A DNA stretch of 47,202 nucleotides from Nitrospirota bacterium (lineage in GTDB: Bacteria > Nitrospirota > UBA9217): NCBI GenBank assembly GCA_029858565.1, contig JAOUEV010000026.1:1-47202 (forward strand), given 5' to 3'. This document shows, piece by piece, positions 10,188-18,875 of this stretch; position 1 is the first letter of the stretch; each line of letters begins with the position of its first letter. The notes beneath the pieces are model-generated. The model searched no databases, was not told the origin of the DNA, and saw only the letters and a list, made by a program, of their open reading frames with translations. Made by a program: the position numbers and the translations under genes.

Positions 10188-10549
10188 ATGAGTGTTTCGT
10201 CCGGGGAACAAACAGGCGGCGCGGACCAGATCAACGGAGCGATCCGGCAGCTGAACCAGGTTGTGCAGCAGAATGCCGGAGCTGCCGAGGAAATGGCTTC
10301 GACGTCGAGGAGGTTGCGTCTCAGGCCCGGCAGTTTCAGGATGCCACGGAATTCTTCCAGGTGGATGAACAGAAACAGTTGATGATGAGCCGGTCTGGAG
10401 GAACAACGGAAATGCGGGGGAGACAGCGGGAATTACCCTCGTCCGCCGAGGCAACAAAGACGAAACGCAGCGGGAAGGGCGTGCATCTGGATATGGGACA
10501 TCCCGGCAAGATAAAAAGCAGTATGGACAATGAGGAATTTGAGAAATTC
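10188..10549 (+). pseudogene. frameshifted C-terminal remnant of a second MCP
   Basis: [33 protein letters not shown] in one frame, then [19 protein letters not shown]...GVHLDM...DNEEFEKF in another; no N-terminal part; stop lost. Confidence 0.85.
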
Positions 10550-10656
10550 TTTGCGAGAGAAACATGGGGGCAAGGTCTGTTTGCAATGCATTTTATCCGG
10601 ATACATACCACAGCTGACCGCCGAACGATCCTTGACCCTTAAGACGGGAGCCAATC

Positions 10657-11157
10657 ATGGCAATGATAACAACAACCGAAACAACACAATATCTAACCTT
10701 TAAACTCGGCGATGAGGTCTACGCCTTGGACATTGGAAAGGTGCGGGAAGTGTTGGACTTCACCTCGGTCACCAAGGTTCCGCGGACACCGGATTTTATG
10801 CGGGGCGTGATCAACCTGCGAGGCAGCGTTGTGCCGGTGGTGGACCTGCGGCTCAAGTTCGGGATGAGCATCACCGAGAAGACGGTGAATACCTGCGTGA
10901 TCATTACCGAAGTGACGGTTGACAAGGATACGACCATCCTTGGCTGTCTGGCGGACTCGGTCCAGGAGGTGCTGGACCTGGATGCAAGTCACATATCTCC
11001 CGCGCCGCGGATCGGCACCAAGCTTAAAACCGAGTTCATCAAGGGAATGGGAAAACGGGACGACCGCTTCATCATCATTCTGGATGTTGACAAGGTTTTT
11101 TCAGCTGAGGAACTGGCCTTGGTGGATGCAGGCGGACAGCAGGAGCCTGCATCGTAA
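10657..11157 (+). CDS. cheW: chemotaxis adaptor CheW
   Basis: QYLTFKLGDEVYA, VPRTPDFMRGVINLRGSVVPVVDL. Confidence 0.96.
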   Translation: MAMITTTETTQYLTFKLGDEVYALDIGKVREVLDFTSVTKVPRTPDFMRGVINLRGSVVPVVDLRLKFGMSITEKTVNTCVIITEVTVDKDTTILGCLADSVQEVLDLDASHISPAPRIGTKLKTEFIKGMGKRDDRFIIILDVDKVFSAEELALVDAGGQQEPAS

Positions 11158-11220
11158 TACTTTATCATCGCTATTTAAAGAGTGGATTTTCCCTCAGCCT
11201 ATTGTAAATGCAGTTCCGAG

Positions 11221-11252
11221 ACGCGCAGCCCTTAGAGCGGCGCGTTTTTTTT
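11221..11252 (+). terminator. intrinsic terminator
   Basis: ACGCGC..GCGCGT stem followed by a T-tract. Confidence 0.7.
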
Positions 11253-11352
11253 ATCTCAAATACCGTTATAAATTGCTCTTGACAGAACTCGGGAAAAAAG
11301 CAAGAATAGGCGTCAGGTAGAGCCTACGGCAATCCTTTGCCTAGGGAACCCT

Positions 11353-12636
11353 ATGACACTAGGCAACCAATTACCGTCCAGCAAGATATCCTCCGGCGTT
11401 GAGAGCCTGGACATCCTTATTAGCGGCTTCTCGATCGGCGATAACGTGGTCTGGGAGGTCGAGGCCGGGACCGCCTACGGCATATTCATCAGAAATTTCC
11501 TCCGTCGATCCTTTGCCGAAGCCCAGAAGGTCATCTACGTCAGCTGCAACCGCTCTCCCCAGACGATCCTGAACGACTTCGGCAGTCTGCTCGATGAGGA
11601 GCACTTCACGCTCGTTGACGGGTTCACGTCCGGCAAAGGGAAGAACGACAACACCTTTCTCAAGTTCTATGATAAGCCGACAGCGACCAATGTGGTGCGC
11701 ATCGAGAACCCGAAGGACATCGAGCGGTTCACCGCGACGCTGAACGCCATCGAGGACCGTCTCCCTCCGGGAGCGCGGTACGTGTTCGACAGCCTGACCG
11801 GCATGCAGGACCTCTGGGGCGACGAGAACGAAACGCACCGGTTCTTCACCTACATGTGCCCGCGGCTCTACGATCTCGGTACCGTTGCCTACTGGCTGCT
11901 CGAAAAGGACGCCCACAGCCCGAAGTTCAAGGCGAACCTCAGGCATATCACGCAGGTCGTGCTCGATCTTTACAAACGGAAGAACGCGCTCTATATCAAG
12001 GCTCTCAAACTGGAGGGCAGGCAGAACCGGGAAGCGTTCAAGCCCCATGCTTACGAGATTCGCGATGAAGTTGTAACGATCGCGCCGCAAAAGAAGGAGA
12101 CCTCGTCGGATATCGGCGTCCGGCTCAAGGATGAACGGATGCGGCTCGGCATGAGCCAGAAGGAGGTCGCCGACCGGGTGAACGTTACCCCGAGCTTCCT
12201 GTCGCAGCTCGAGAGTAATCAGGTCAGTCCTTCGCTTCCCACGTTCCTGCAGATATGCAGGGCCCTGGGCATCAATCCGGGCCAGTTCCTCGACCTGGGC
12301 GGGGAAAAGCACGATACGCCCTGGCTGCTTCGCAAGGAACAGATATTCTCCCGGCCCGCAGGCCGCGACGATGGCGCGAAAATCTACGAAGTGGCAGGGG
12401 GAGGCAAACACTCGGCACGCATCGTGGTCCTGGCGCCGAGTTCCGTTCTGAACCGTCATTTCAACTACCTTAAGGAAGAAGAGCTCATATATGTACTGAA
12501 AGGCGATCTCACCGTTACGATGGGGGGCAGGGAGGAGCGTATACGAGTTGGCGATATCATCCGTCTCAAAGAGTCTTTCCCCTCACAATGGAAGAACGAA
12601 GGAGGTGATGAGGCTGAATTACTTGTACTCTGGTAG
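11353..12636 (+). CDS. regulator: degenerate KaiC/RAD55-like domain + XRE HTH + cupin
   Basis: N-terminal SSGVESLD..IGDNVVW and YVFDSLT (RecA/KaiC-like, Walker A eroded); RLGMSQKEVADRVNVTPSFLSQLESNQVSPS HTH; EEELIYVLKG cupin. Confidence 0.8.
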   Translation: MTLGNQLPSSKISSGVESLDILISGFSIGDNVVWEVEAGTAYGIFIRNFLRRSFAEAQKVIYVSCNRSPQTILNDFGSLLDEEHFTLVDGFTSGKGKNDNTFLKFYDKPTATNVVRIENPKDIERFTATLNAIEDRLPPGARYVFDSLTGMQDLWGDENETHRFFTYMCPRLYDLGTVAYWLLEKDAHSPKFKANLRHITQVVLDLYKRKNALYIKALKLEGRQNREAFKPHAYEIRDEVVTIAPQKKETSSDIGVRLKDERMRLGMSQKEVADRVNVTPSFLSQLESNQVSPSLPTFLQICRALGINPGQFLDLGGEKHDTPWLLRKEQIFSRPAGRDDGAKIYEVAGGGKHSARIVVLAPSSVLNRHFNYLKEEELIYVLKGDLTVTMGGREERIRVGDIIRLKESFPSQWKNEGGDEAELLVLW

Positions 12637-12832
12637 GCAATATCCCATTTCCTTTTGACGGAATTTTCTAATATAAAGGTGACGGGATTTTTTTTGCCTT
12701 TCGAGTCAAGTAATGCTTAATTCGATAAGCAATAATTAAGTACAAGTAACTTTGTTAAAACGCAGTAAGGTAGTTCTGCATGGTCGCTATTTCCGGGAAA
12801 AATACAATCATACCTATTCAAAGGAGAATTCC

Positions 12833-14425
12833 ATGAATCTGCAACAGCCCAATGCAAATGACGCCACAAGAACTGCGAACCGTTCCAGAAATGTGTCTCC
12901 CATGAGTGGCCTCTGCACCCGCTGCATCGACGGATGCCGGGGAAATTGCGAGGTTTTCAAAGCGACCTTCCGCGGCCGCGAGCTCCTCTACCCGGGTCCT
13001 TTCGGAAGCATCACCGCCGGAGGAGATAAGAACTATCCCATAGACTATTCCCATCTCAATATTCATGGCTACGCGCTCGGCGCAAAGGGTCTTCCGGCCG
13101 GACAGGTAGGAGACCCGGACACTGCCCGGTTCCCCAATGTGAACACCGAGACGAGCTACGGCTGGGACAAAAAAGTGAAGATGAAGGTGCCGATCTTCAC
13201 AGGAGCGCTCGGCTCGACCGAGATCGCGCGCAAGAACTGGGAGCACTTCGCCATCGGCGCGGCCATCTCGGGCGTCACGATCGTCTGCGGCGAGAACGTC
13301 TGCGGCATCGATCCGGAGCTCGAACTCGGCAGCAATAAGCTGGTCAAGAAAGCGCCGGACATGGACCGCCGCATCGCATTGTATAAGAAATACCACCAGG
13401 GATACGGCGAGATCCTGGTGCAGATGAATGTCGAGGACACGCGGCTGGGCGTCGCCGAGTACATCATCGACAAGCACAAGCTTGATACCATCGAGCTGAA
13501 ATGGGGCCAGGGCGCCAAGTGCATCGGCGGCGAGATCAAGGTGAGCTCGCTGGAGCGGGCGCTTGAACTGCAGAAGCGCGGCTACATCGTGACGCCGGAC
13601 CCGTCCGATCCCGTGGTGCAGGCGGCGTTCAAGGAAACGGCGATCAAGGAGTTCGAGCGCCACAGCCGCCTCGGCTTCATCGGCGAACAGGAGTTTTACG
13701 CCGAGGTCGAGCGTCTACGGAAGCTCGGGTTCAAGCGCATTACCCTCAAGACCGGCGCCTACGGCCTGCGCGAGCTGGCCATGGCGCTCAAGTGGTGCTC
13801 CAAGGCAAAGATCGATCTCCTGACCATCGACGGCGCACCCGGCGGAACGGGCATGAGTCCCTGGCGCATGATGGAAGAGTGGGGCATGCCGTCGCTCTAT
13901 CTCCATGCCGCCGCTTATGAGTTCGCGTCGAAACTGAAGGCCAAGGGCGAGCGCGTGCCGGACATCGCGTTCGCCGGCGGGTTCAGCAGCGAGGACGGTG
14001 TGTTCAAGGCCCTGGCCATGGGCGCTCCCTTTGTCAAGGCGATCTGCATGGGCCGGGCGCTCATGATCCCGGGCATGGTCGGCAAGAACATCAACGAATG
14101 GATCAAGAACAACGACCTTCCGAAGACAGTAAGCGAGTTCGGCAACACGGTCGAGGAAATCTTCGTGAACTACGAGGATGTGAAAAAGCAGGTCGGCGCG
14201 GGCGAGATCAAGAACATCCCGCTCGGCGCGATCGGCATCTTCAGCTACTCGAACAAGATCAAGGTGGGCCTGCAGCAGCTCATGGCCGGCGCACGGTGCT
14301 TCAACATCGACTCGATCACCAGGAACGAGCTGATGTCCCTGACCGAGGAGTGCGCCAAGGTCACGGGTATCCCGTACCTCATGGATTCCTATCGCGACGA
14401 GGCGTTGAAAATCCTGAACTCGTAA
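12833..14425 (+). CDS. stand-alone FMN-binding glutamate synthase family protein (paralog 1)
   Basis: IELKWGQGAK, IDGAPGGTG, AFAGG, KALAMGA; N-terminal CxxCxxxCxxxC; AAGGAG RBS. Confidence 0.88.
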   Translation: MNLQQPNANDATRTANRSRNVSPMSGLCTRCIDGCRGNCEVFKATFRGRELLYPGPFGSITAGGDKNYPIDYSHLNIHGYALGAKGLPAGQVGDPDTARFPNVNTETSYGWDKKVKMKVPIFTGALGSTEIARKNWEHFAIGAAISGVTIVCGENVCGIDPELELGSNKLVKKAPDMDRRIALYKKYHQGYGEILVQMNVEDTRLGVAEYIIDKHKLDTIELKWGQGAKCIGGEIKVSSLERALELQKRGYIVTPDPSDPVVQAAFKETAIKEFERHSRLGFIGEQEFYAEVERLRKLGFKRITLKTGAYGLRELAMALKWCSKAKIDLLTIDGAPGGTGMSPWRMMEEWGMPSLYLHAAAYEFASKLKAKGERVPDIAFAGGFSSEDGVFKALAMGAPFVKAICMGRALMIPGMVGKNINEWIKNNDLPKTVSEFGNTVEEIFVNYEDVKKQVGAGEIKNIPLGAIGIFSYSNKIKVGLQQLMAGARCFNIDSITRNELMSLTEECAKVTGIPYLMDSYRDEALKILNS

Positions 14426-14440
14426 TTGAGGCAAGGAGTT

Positions 14441-14550
14441 AAAGCCTTTTCACCACGGAGGCACAGAGGTAGCGGAGAAAAGCAAAAGAGCGATGCAAAA
14501 TCGTATTCAGGTTTTCCCTGTATCTCTGTGTTCTCTGTGGTAAATGGTTT
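14441..14550. repeat. imperfect inverted repeat built from CACAGAG-type subunits
   Basis: caccacggaggcacagaggtagcggagaaaa ... ttttccctgtatctctgtgttctctgtggt. Confidence 0.75.
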
Positions 14551-14598
14551 TCCAAATTTTCAAACTATCCTGATTCTTAAAGAAATCACCGTGGGGGT

Positions 14599-16191
14599 AT
14601 GACTATGGGACCAGGACAGGCAAATGCAAGTTCGGCAACCGGAACAAAAAACAGGGTGCATGACGCAGCGCCGCAGTCGGGCATCTGTTCGGTCTGTCTT
14701 GACGGATGCCACGGGCCCTGTGAAGCGGGCAAATCATCTTACCGGGGACGGGAAGTTCTTTATCCCTTGCCTTTTGGAAAGGTCACGGCCGGCGCGACCA
14801 AACAGTATCCGGTCGATTACAGCCATCTGAACATCCAGGGCACCTGCGTGGGCGCTGTGGGGATCGAGGCCGATCCGGACAAGGCGATTTTTCCGGCGGT
14901 ATCGACCGAGACAACAGTCGGGTTCCGGCACAAGGTAAAATTGTCCTTGCCGGTCTTCACCGGCGCGCTCGGGTCCACGGACATTGCCAGGGACAACTGG
15001 GAGGGGCTCGCCATCGGCGCTGCCATCTCGGGCATCATGGTCGTCATAGGCGAGAACGTGGTCGGCATGGACCCGAAGGCCGAGATCCATGACGGCCATG
15101 TGGTTCATTCACCGGAACTCGAACGACGGGTGAAATGCTTCAAGGAATGGCACAACGGCGCAGGCGAGATCATCCTGCAGCAGAATGTGGAGGACACCCG
15201 GCTCCGGTCAGCGGAGTATGCCATTGAGAAACTCGGGGTAAACTGTATCGAGCTCAAGTGGGGGCAGGGGGCAAAGAACATCGGCGGTGAAGTGAAGCTC
15301 AAGAGCATGGAGCGCGCCGATGAACTGAAAAAGCGCGGCTATATCGTAGTGCCCGATCCGACCGATGCAACGGTGCGGAAAGCCTTTGAGAATGAGGAGT
15401 TCAGGGAGTTCGAGCGCCATTCCCGGCTCGGCATGGTCGAGTTCGAGAGCTTTGAAAAGGCGGTGCGCCGCTACCGGTCCGCGGGCGCCAAGTTCGTTTC
15501 GCTCAAGACCGGAGCCTACCGCGTATCTGACCTGGCACGGGCAATACGCTACTGCTCGGACGCGGAGATCGACCTTTTGACCATCGACGGCGCGGGCGGC
15601 GGCACGGGCATGAGCCCCTGGCGCATGATGAACGAGTGGGGGATTCCGACGATCTATCTCCAGTCGCTGGCATACAAGTTCGCGTCTCTGCTCAAAGCAA
15701 AGGGAAAGTATGTTCCCGACATGGCGATCGCCGGGGGCTTCTCTTTGGAGGATCATCTCTTCAAGGCCCTTGCCCTGGGCGCGCCGCATTTCAAGGCGGT
15801 CTGCATGGGCAGGGCGCTCATGATCCCTGCGTTCGTGGGAAAGAACATCAAACAGTGGTCGGACGAAGGCAAGCTGCCGCAGGAGATCAAGAAGTACGGA
15901 GACACGCCCGAGCGCATTTTCATAACATCCGAGACGCTCAAGGCGAAGTACGGCAAGGACTTCGGAAGGATCCCCTGGGGAGCGGTGGCAATGTACACGT
16001 TCACGGACCGCCTGAAGCTCGGTCTGCAGCAGCTCATGGCTGGATCGCGCAAGTTCGCTTTGCCACATGTGGACCGCAATGATCTTGTGTCCCTGACAAG
16101 GGATGCCGCAGAAGTCACCGGCATACCCTATGTCATGGATTCGGACATGAAGGAAGCCGAGCGCATCCTGTGCAATGGATCGTGCCGCTGA
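14599..16191 (+). CDS. stand-alone FMN-binding glutamate synthase family protein (paralog 2)
   Basis: Colinear with paralog 1: YPVDYSHLNI, FTGALGST, IELKWGQGAK, GGTGMSPWRMM, N-terminal CxxCxxxCxxxC. Confidence 0.88.
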   Translation: MTMGPGQANASSATGTKNRVHDAAPQSGICSVCLDGCHGPCEAGKSSYRGREVLYPLPFGKVTAGATKQYPVDYSHLNIQGTCVGAVGIEADPDKAIFPAVSTETTVGFRHKVKLSLPVFTGALGSTDIARDNWEGLAIGAAISGIMVVIGENVVGMDPKAEIHDGHVVHSPELERRVKCFKEWHNGAGEIILQQNVEDTRLRSAEYAIEKLGVNCIELKWGQGAKNIGGEVKLKSMERADELKKRGYIVVPDPTDATVRKAFENEEFREFERHSRLGMVEFESFEKAVRRYRSAGAKFVSLKTGAYRVSDLARAIRYCSDAEIDLLTIDGAGGGTGMSPWRMMNEWGIPTIYLQSLAYKFASLLKAKGKYVPDMAIAGGFSLEDHLFKALALGAPHFKAVCMGRALMIPAFVGKNIKQWSDEGKLPQEIKKYGDTPERIFITSETLKAKYGKDFGRIPWGAVAMYTFTDRLKLGLQQLMAGSRKFALPHVDRNDLVSLTRDAAEVTGIPYVMDSDMKEAERILCNGSCR

Positions 16192-16217
16192 CGTGCGGAC
16201 TACGTGAAACCTATCCC

Positions 16218-16255
16218 GCCCGTTCCGCCTGATCAAGGCGGAGCGGGACCTTTTT
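16218..16255 (+). terminator. intrinsic terminator-like hairpin
   Basis: CCCGTTCCGCCT..AGGCGGAGCGGG followed by a T-tract. Confidence 0.6.
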
Positions 16256-16268
16256 GGAGCCCCTATTC

Positions 16269-17264
16269 ATGAACAAGACCATGCATGCCGTGCTGTCCAT
16301 CCTTGATAAACAGTCCGAGATCGTCGGGTCCCGCGAACTGTCGCGGATGCTCAAGATGCATGGCATCGACCTTACCGAGCGGACGGTACGGTACTATCTC
16401 AAGATGCTGGACCGGCAGGCCTACACCGAGGTCTTCGGCAAGGAGGGCCGCAGGATAACCGACTCAGGCAGGGCGGAGCTCAGGCGGGCGCTGGTCTCGG
16501 ACAAGGTTGGCTTCGTGATCAGCAAGATCGAGACGCTTTCCTACCTCACCCGGCTGGACACGGACCGCATGGAAGGCCAGATCATCCTGAATATCTCCCT
16601 GTTCCCGCAGAAGAACCTGAGGAAAGTGCTGACGCTCCTGAAGCCCGTTTTCGCATCGCCCTACGTGATGAGCGACCGGGTCGTGGTGGCGGTCAGCGGA
16701 GAACGCATCGGCGCGCTGCAGGTGCCCCCGGGCATGGCCGCGCTCGGGACCGTCTGCAGCGTCACGATCAACGGCATCTTCCTGAAGGCGGGTGTTCCGG
16801 TCACGTCGCGGTACGGCGGGGTGGTGGAGATCGATCGCGGCGAGCCCAAGCGATTCCTTTCCCTCATCAGCTACGACGGGTCGTCGCTCGATCCGCTGGA
16901 GATCTTCATCAAAAGCGGGATGACCGACGCGGAAGGCGCGGTCAGGAACGGCTGCGGAAGGATCCTTGCGAGCTTCCGCGAGATCCCCGTGGTCTGCCTG
17001 GACCAGGCCCAGCGGCTCGCAACGCACCTGAATGAACGGGGCATCCGGGGAGTTCTTTTGATAGGCAAGCCGAACACGCCCCTGCTCGGCGTTCCTGTGG
17101 GCATCGATAAGGCCGGGATCGTGGTCATCGGCGGCCTGAATCCCGTGGCCGTTCTTGAAGAGCACGGCATCGAGACCGAGAACACGGCCATGTCGACGCT
17201 CATGGAGTATTCCCGCCTGGTCCCGTTCTCGACCGTCCTGTCGCGGGTCAAGGCTGCTTCGTGA
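16269..17264 (+). CDS. nrpR: NrpR-family nitrogen repressor (wHTH + single NRD/DUF128 domain)
   Basis: LTERTVRYYLKMLD HTH; TVCSVTINGI, ISYDGSSLDPLEIF, ILASFREIP, GGLNPVA. Confidence 0.88.
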   Translation: MNKTMHAVLSILDKQSEIVGSRELSRMLKMHGIDLTERTVRYYLKMLDRQAYTEVFGKEGRRITDSGRAELRRALVSDKVGFVISKIETLSYLTRLDTDRMEGQIILNISLFPQKNLRKVLTLLKPVFASPYVMSDRVVVAVSGERIGALQVPPGMAALGTVCSVTINGIFLKAGVPVTSRYGGVVEIDRGEPKRFLSLISYDGSSLDPLEIFIKSGMTDAEGAVRNGCGRILASFREIPVVCLDQAQRLATHLNERGIRGVLLIGKPNTPLLGVPVGIDKAGIVVIGGLNPVAVLEEHGIETENTAMSTLMEYSRLVPFSTVLSRVKAAS

Positions 17265-17306
17265 TTTTCCAATTCGAACGACTCCGAAAAAGCGAAGCTA
17301 AAAAGC

Positions 17307-17403
17307 ATCTCTCGCAAAGCCGCAAAGTCGCAAAGAAAAGATAAAAACCTAATGACGGACAATATTCTGTTTTTCTTGGCGTCTTTGCGGCTTTGCGCGA
17401 GAT
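17307..17403. repeat. 33-bp inverted repeat (3 mismatches) built from CGCAAAG subunits
   Basis: atctctcgcaaagccgcaaagtcgcaaagaaaa (17307-17339) / ttttcttggcgtctttgcggctttgcgcgagat (17371-17403). Confidence 0.8.
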
Positions 17404-17486
17404 AGTTCTTTGTCGTTGCCCTTCACACTTCTTCATCGCGACCAGTCTTCCAGTAATAATTCCTCGCCATCCCGGATAATTTCCGC

Positions 17487-17575
17487 TTGACACCATATTG
17501 CAGTCAGGTGTATTTTGCTCACCTGACGGCAATCGATTGCCGTCGACAGAAGCCCCTCGGCGAGGGGCTTTTTTT
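17487..17575 (+). promoter_or_regulatory. promoter followed by hairpin and terminator (attenuator or small RNA) upstream of the glutamate synthase operon
   Basis: TTGACA-18 nt-TATTTT; palindrome GACGGCAATCGATTGCCGTC; AAGCCCCTCGGCGAGGGGCTT plus T-tract. Confidence 0.55.
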
Positions 17576-17762
17576 GCCGTTGCTTATGAGCAGAAACAGG
17601 GGTCGTTTGTCCGCCTGTGAAGGGTCTCCCGCCCGGCATAATGACAAGCACTAAATCCTAACTATTTGATAAGAATGACCGATGGCCGGGGCGTCGTTGA
17701 TATATAATTGGCCCATGACCGCCTGAATTCATTCGATCCGGATTGATCAGAGGAGCAATTCT

Positions 17763-18875
17763 ATGTGCCGTTTGAGCGCGATCACGTCGAGCGACTATAT
17801 CTCTCCCATGGAGAACATCCTGGCGCTCGAGACCATGAAGGAAGGCCATGACGGTTCCGGTCTGGGCCTGATGCTCAAGGACCTGGGCGGGCCCTTCAAG
17901 GACATGAAGAAATATCCCATCCTCTCCGCCATCTGCTCGAACAGGGGGCTGGAGACGCTCGATGAGTTCATGAAGTCCCAGGGGTTCCGGGAAAAGATGA
18001 CCTGGGCGCCCTCCATCAAGCAGATTGCCGGGATCGAGCGACGGGAACACTACATCGCCAAGGTCTATGATTATCCCGAATCCTACAAGGACGCGGACAT
18101 GCGGGTGAAGGAAGACCTGCTGATGAACACGCGGCTGGCGATCAGGAAGATCGGCGAGCCTGACGAGTCCATCTTCTGCTTCTCCTTTTATCCCGATGTG
18201 CTGACGCTCAAGGAAGTTGGCGACCCGCTCGCAGTTGGTGAGTTCTTCGGCCTGGACAATTCCGATGTTAAAGCGAAGATCGTGCTGGCCCAGGGCCGTC
18301 AGAACACCAACTACGCCATCTACCTCTACGCATGCCACCCGTTCTTTATCCAGGGCTATGGCACCATGACGAACGGCGAGAACACGGCCTTTGTGCCGAT
18401 CCGCGAGTTCCTGATGGGAAGGGGCAATCCGGGATACATGGGCTACAATTCGGACTCCGAGGTCTTTACCCACATCCTGCATTACAGCAACCGGCAGCTC
18501 GGGTATCCGCTACATTATTATAAGGACGTGATCACTCCGCTCAAGGACAACGAACTGGCAAAACGATCCGACGGGGCCGCCATGAAGCTTCTGAAGAAGT
18601 CGCTGCGGCCGCTCTGCATCGACGGACCGAACTGCGTGATCGGGTTCACGCCCGACGGATCGGTCTTCATGGTGCAGGATGCGAAGAAGCTCCGGCCCGG
18701 CGTGGTCGGCGGCACGGCAGGCAAGAAGTTCGGTCTCATGTCCGAGGTCTGCGGCCTCGACTCGGCGGTCCCGGACCGCGACAAATCAACGGATATTTTC
18801 CCCATGAAGTACGACATGGTGATCATCGCGCCCCAGGCGCGGGAGGTCAAGGTATGGAATCAGCTGCACGTCTAG
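17763..18875 (+). CDS. glutamate synthase, class II (Ntn) glutamine amidotransferase subunit
   Basis: N-terminal Met-Cys nucleophile, DGSG, HPFF, NGE, SDSEV, DGP, LRP. Confidence 0.88.
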   Translation: MCRLSAITSSDYISPMENILALETMKEGHDGSGLGLMLKDLGGPFKDMKKYPILSAICSNRGLETLDEFMKSQGFREKMTWAPSIKQIAGIERREHYIAKVYDYPESYKDADMRVKEDLLMNTRLAIRKIGEPDESIFCFSFYPDVLTLKEVGDPLAVGEFFGLDNSDVKAKIVLAQGRQNTNYAIYLYACHPFFIQGYGTMTNGENTAFVPIREFLMGRGNPGYMGYNSDSEVFTHILHYSNRQLGYPLHYYKDVITPLKDNELAKRSDGAAMKLLKKSLRPLCIDGPNCVIGFTPDGSVFMVQDAKKLRPGVVGGTAGKKFGLMSEVCGLDSAVPDRDKSTDIFPMKYDMVIIAPQAREVKVWNQLHV

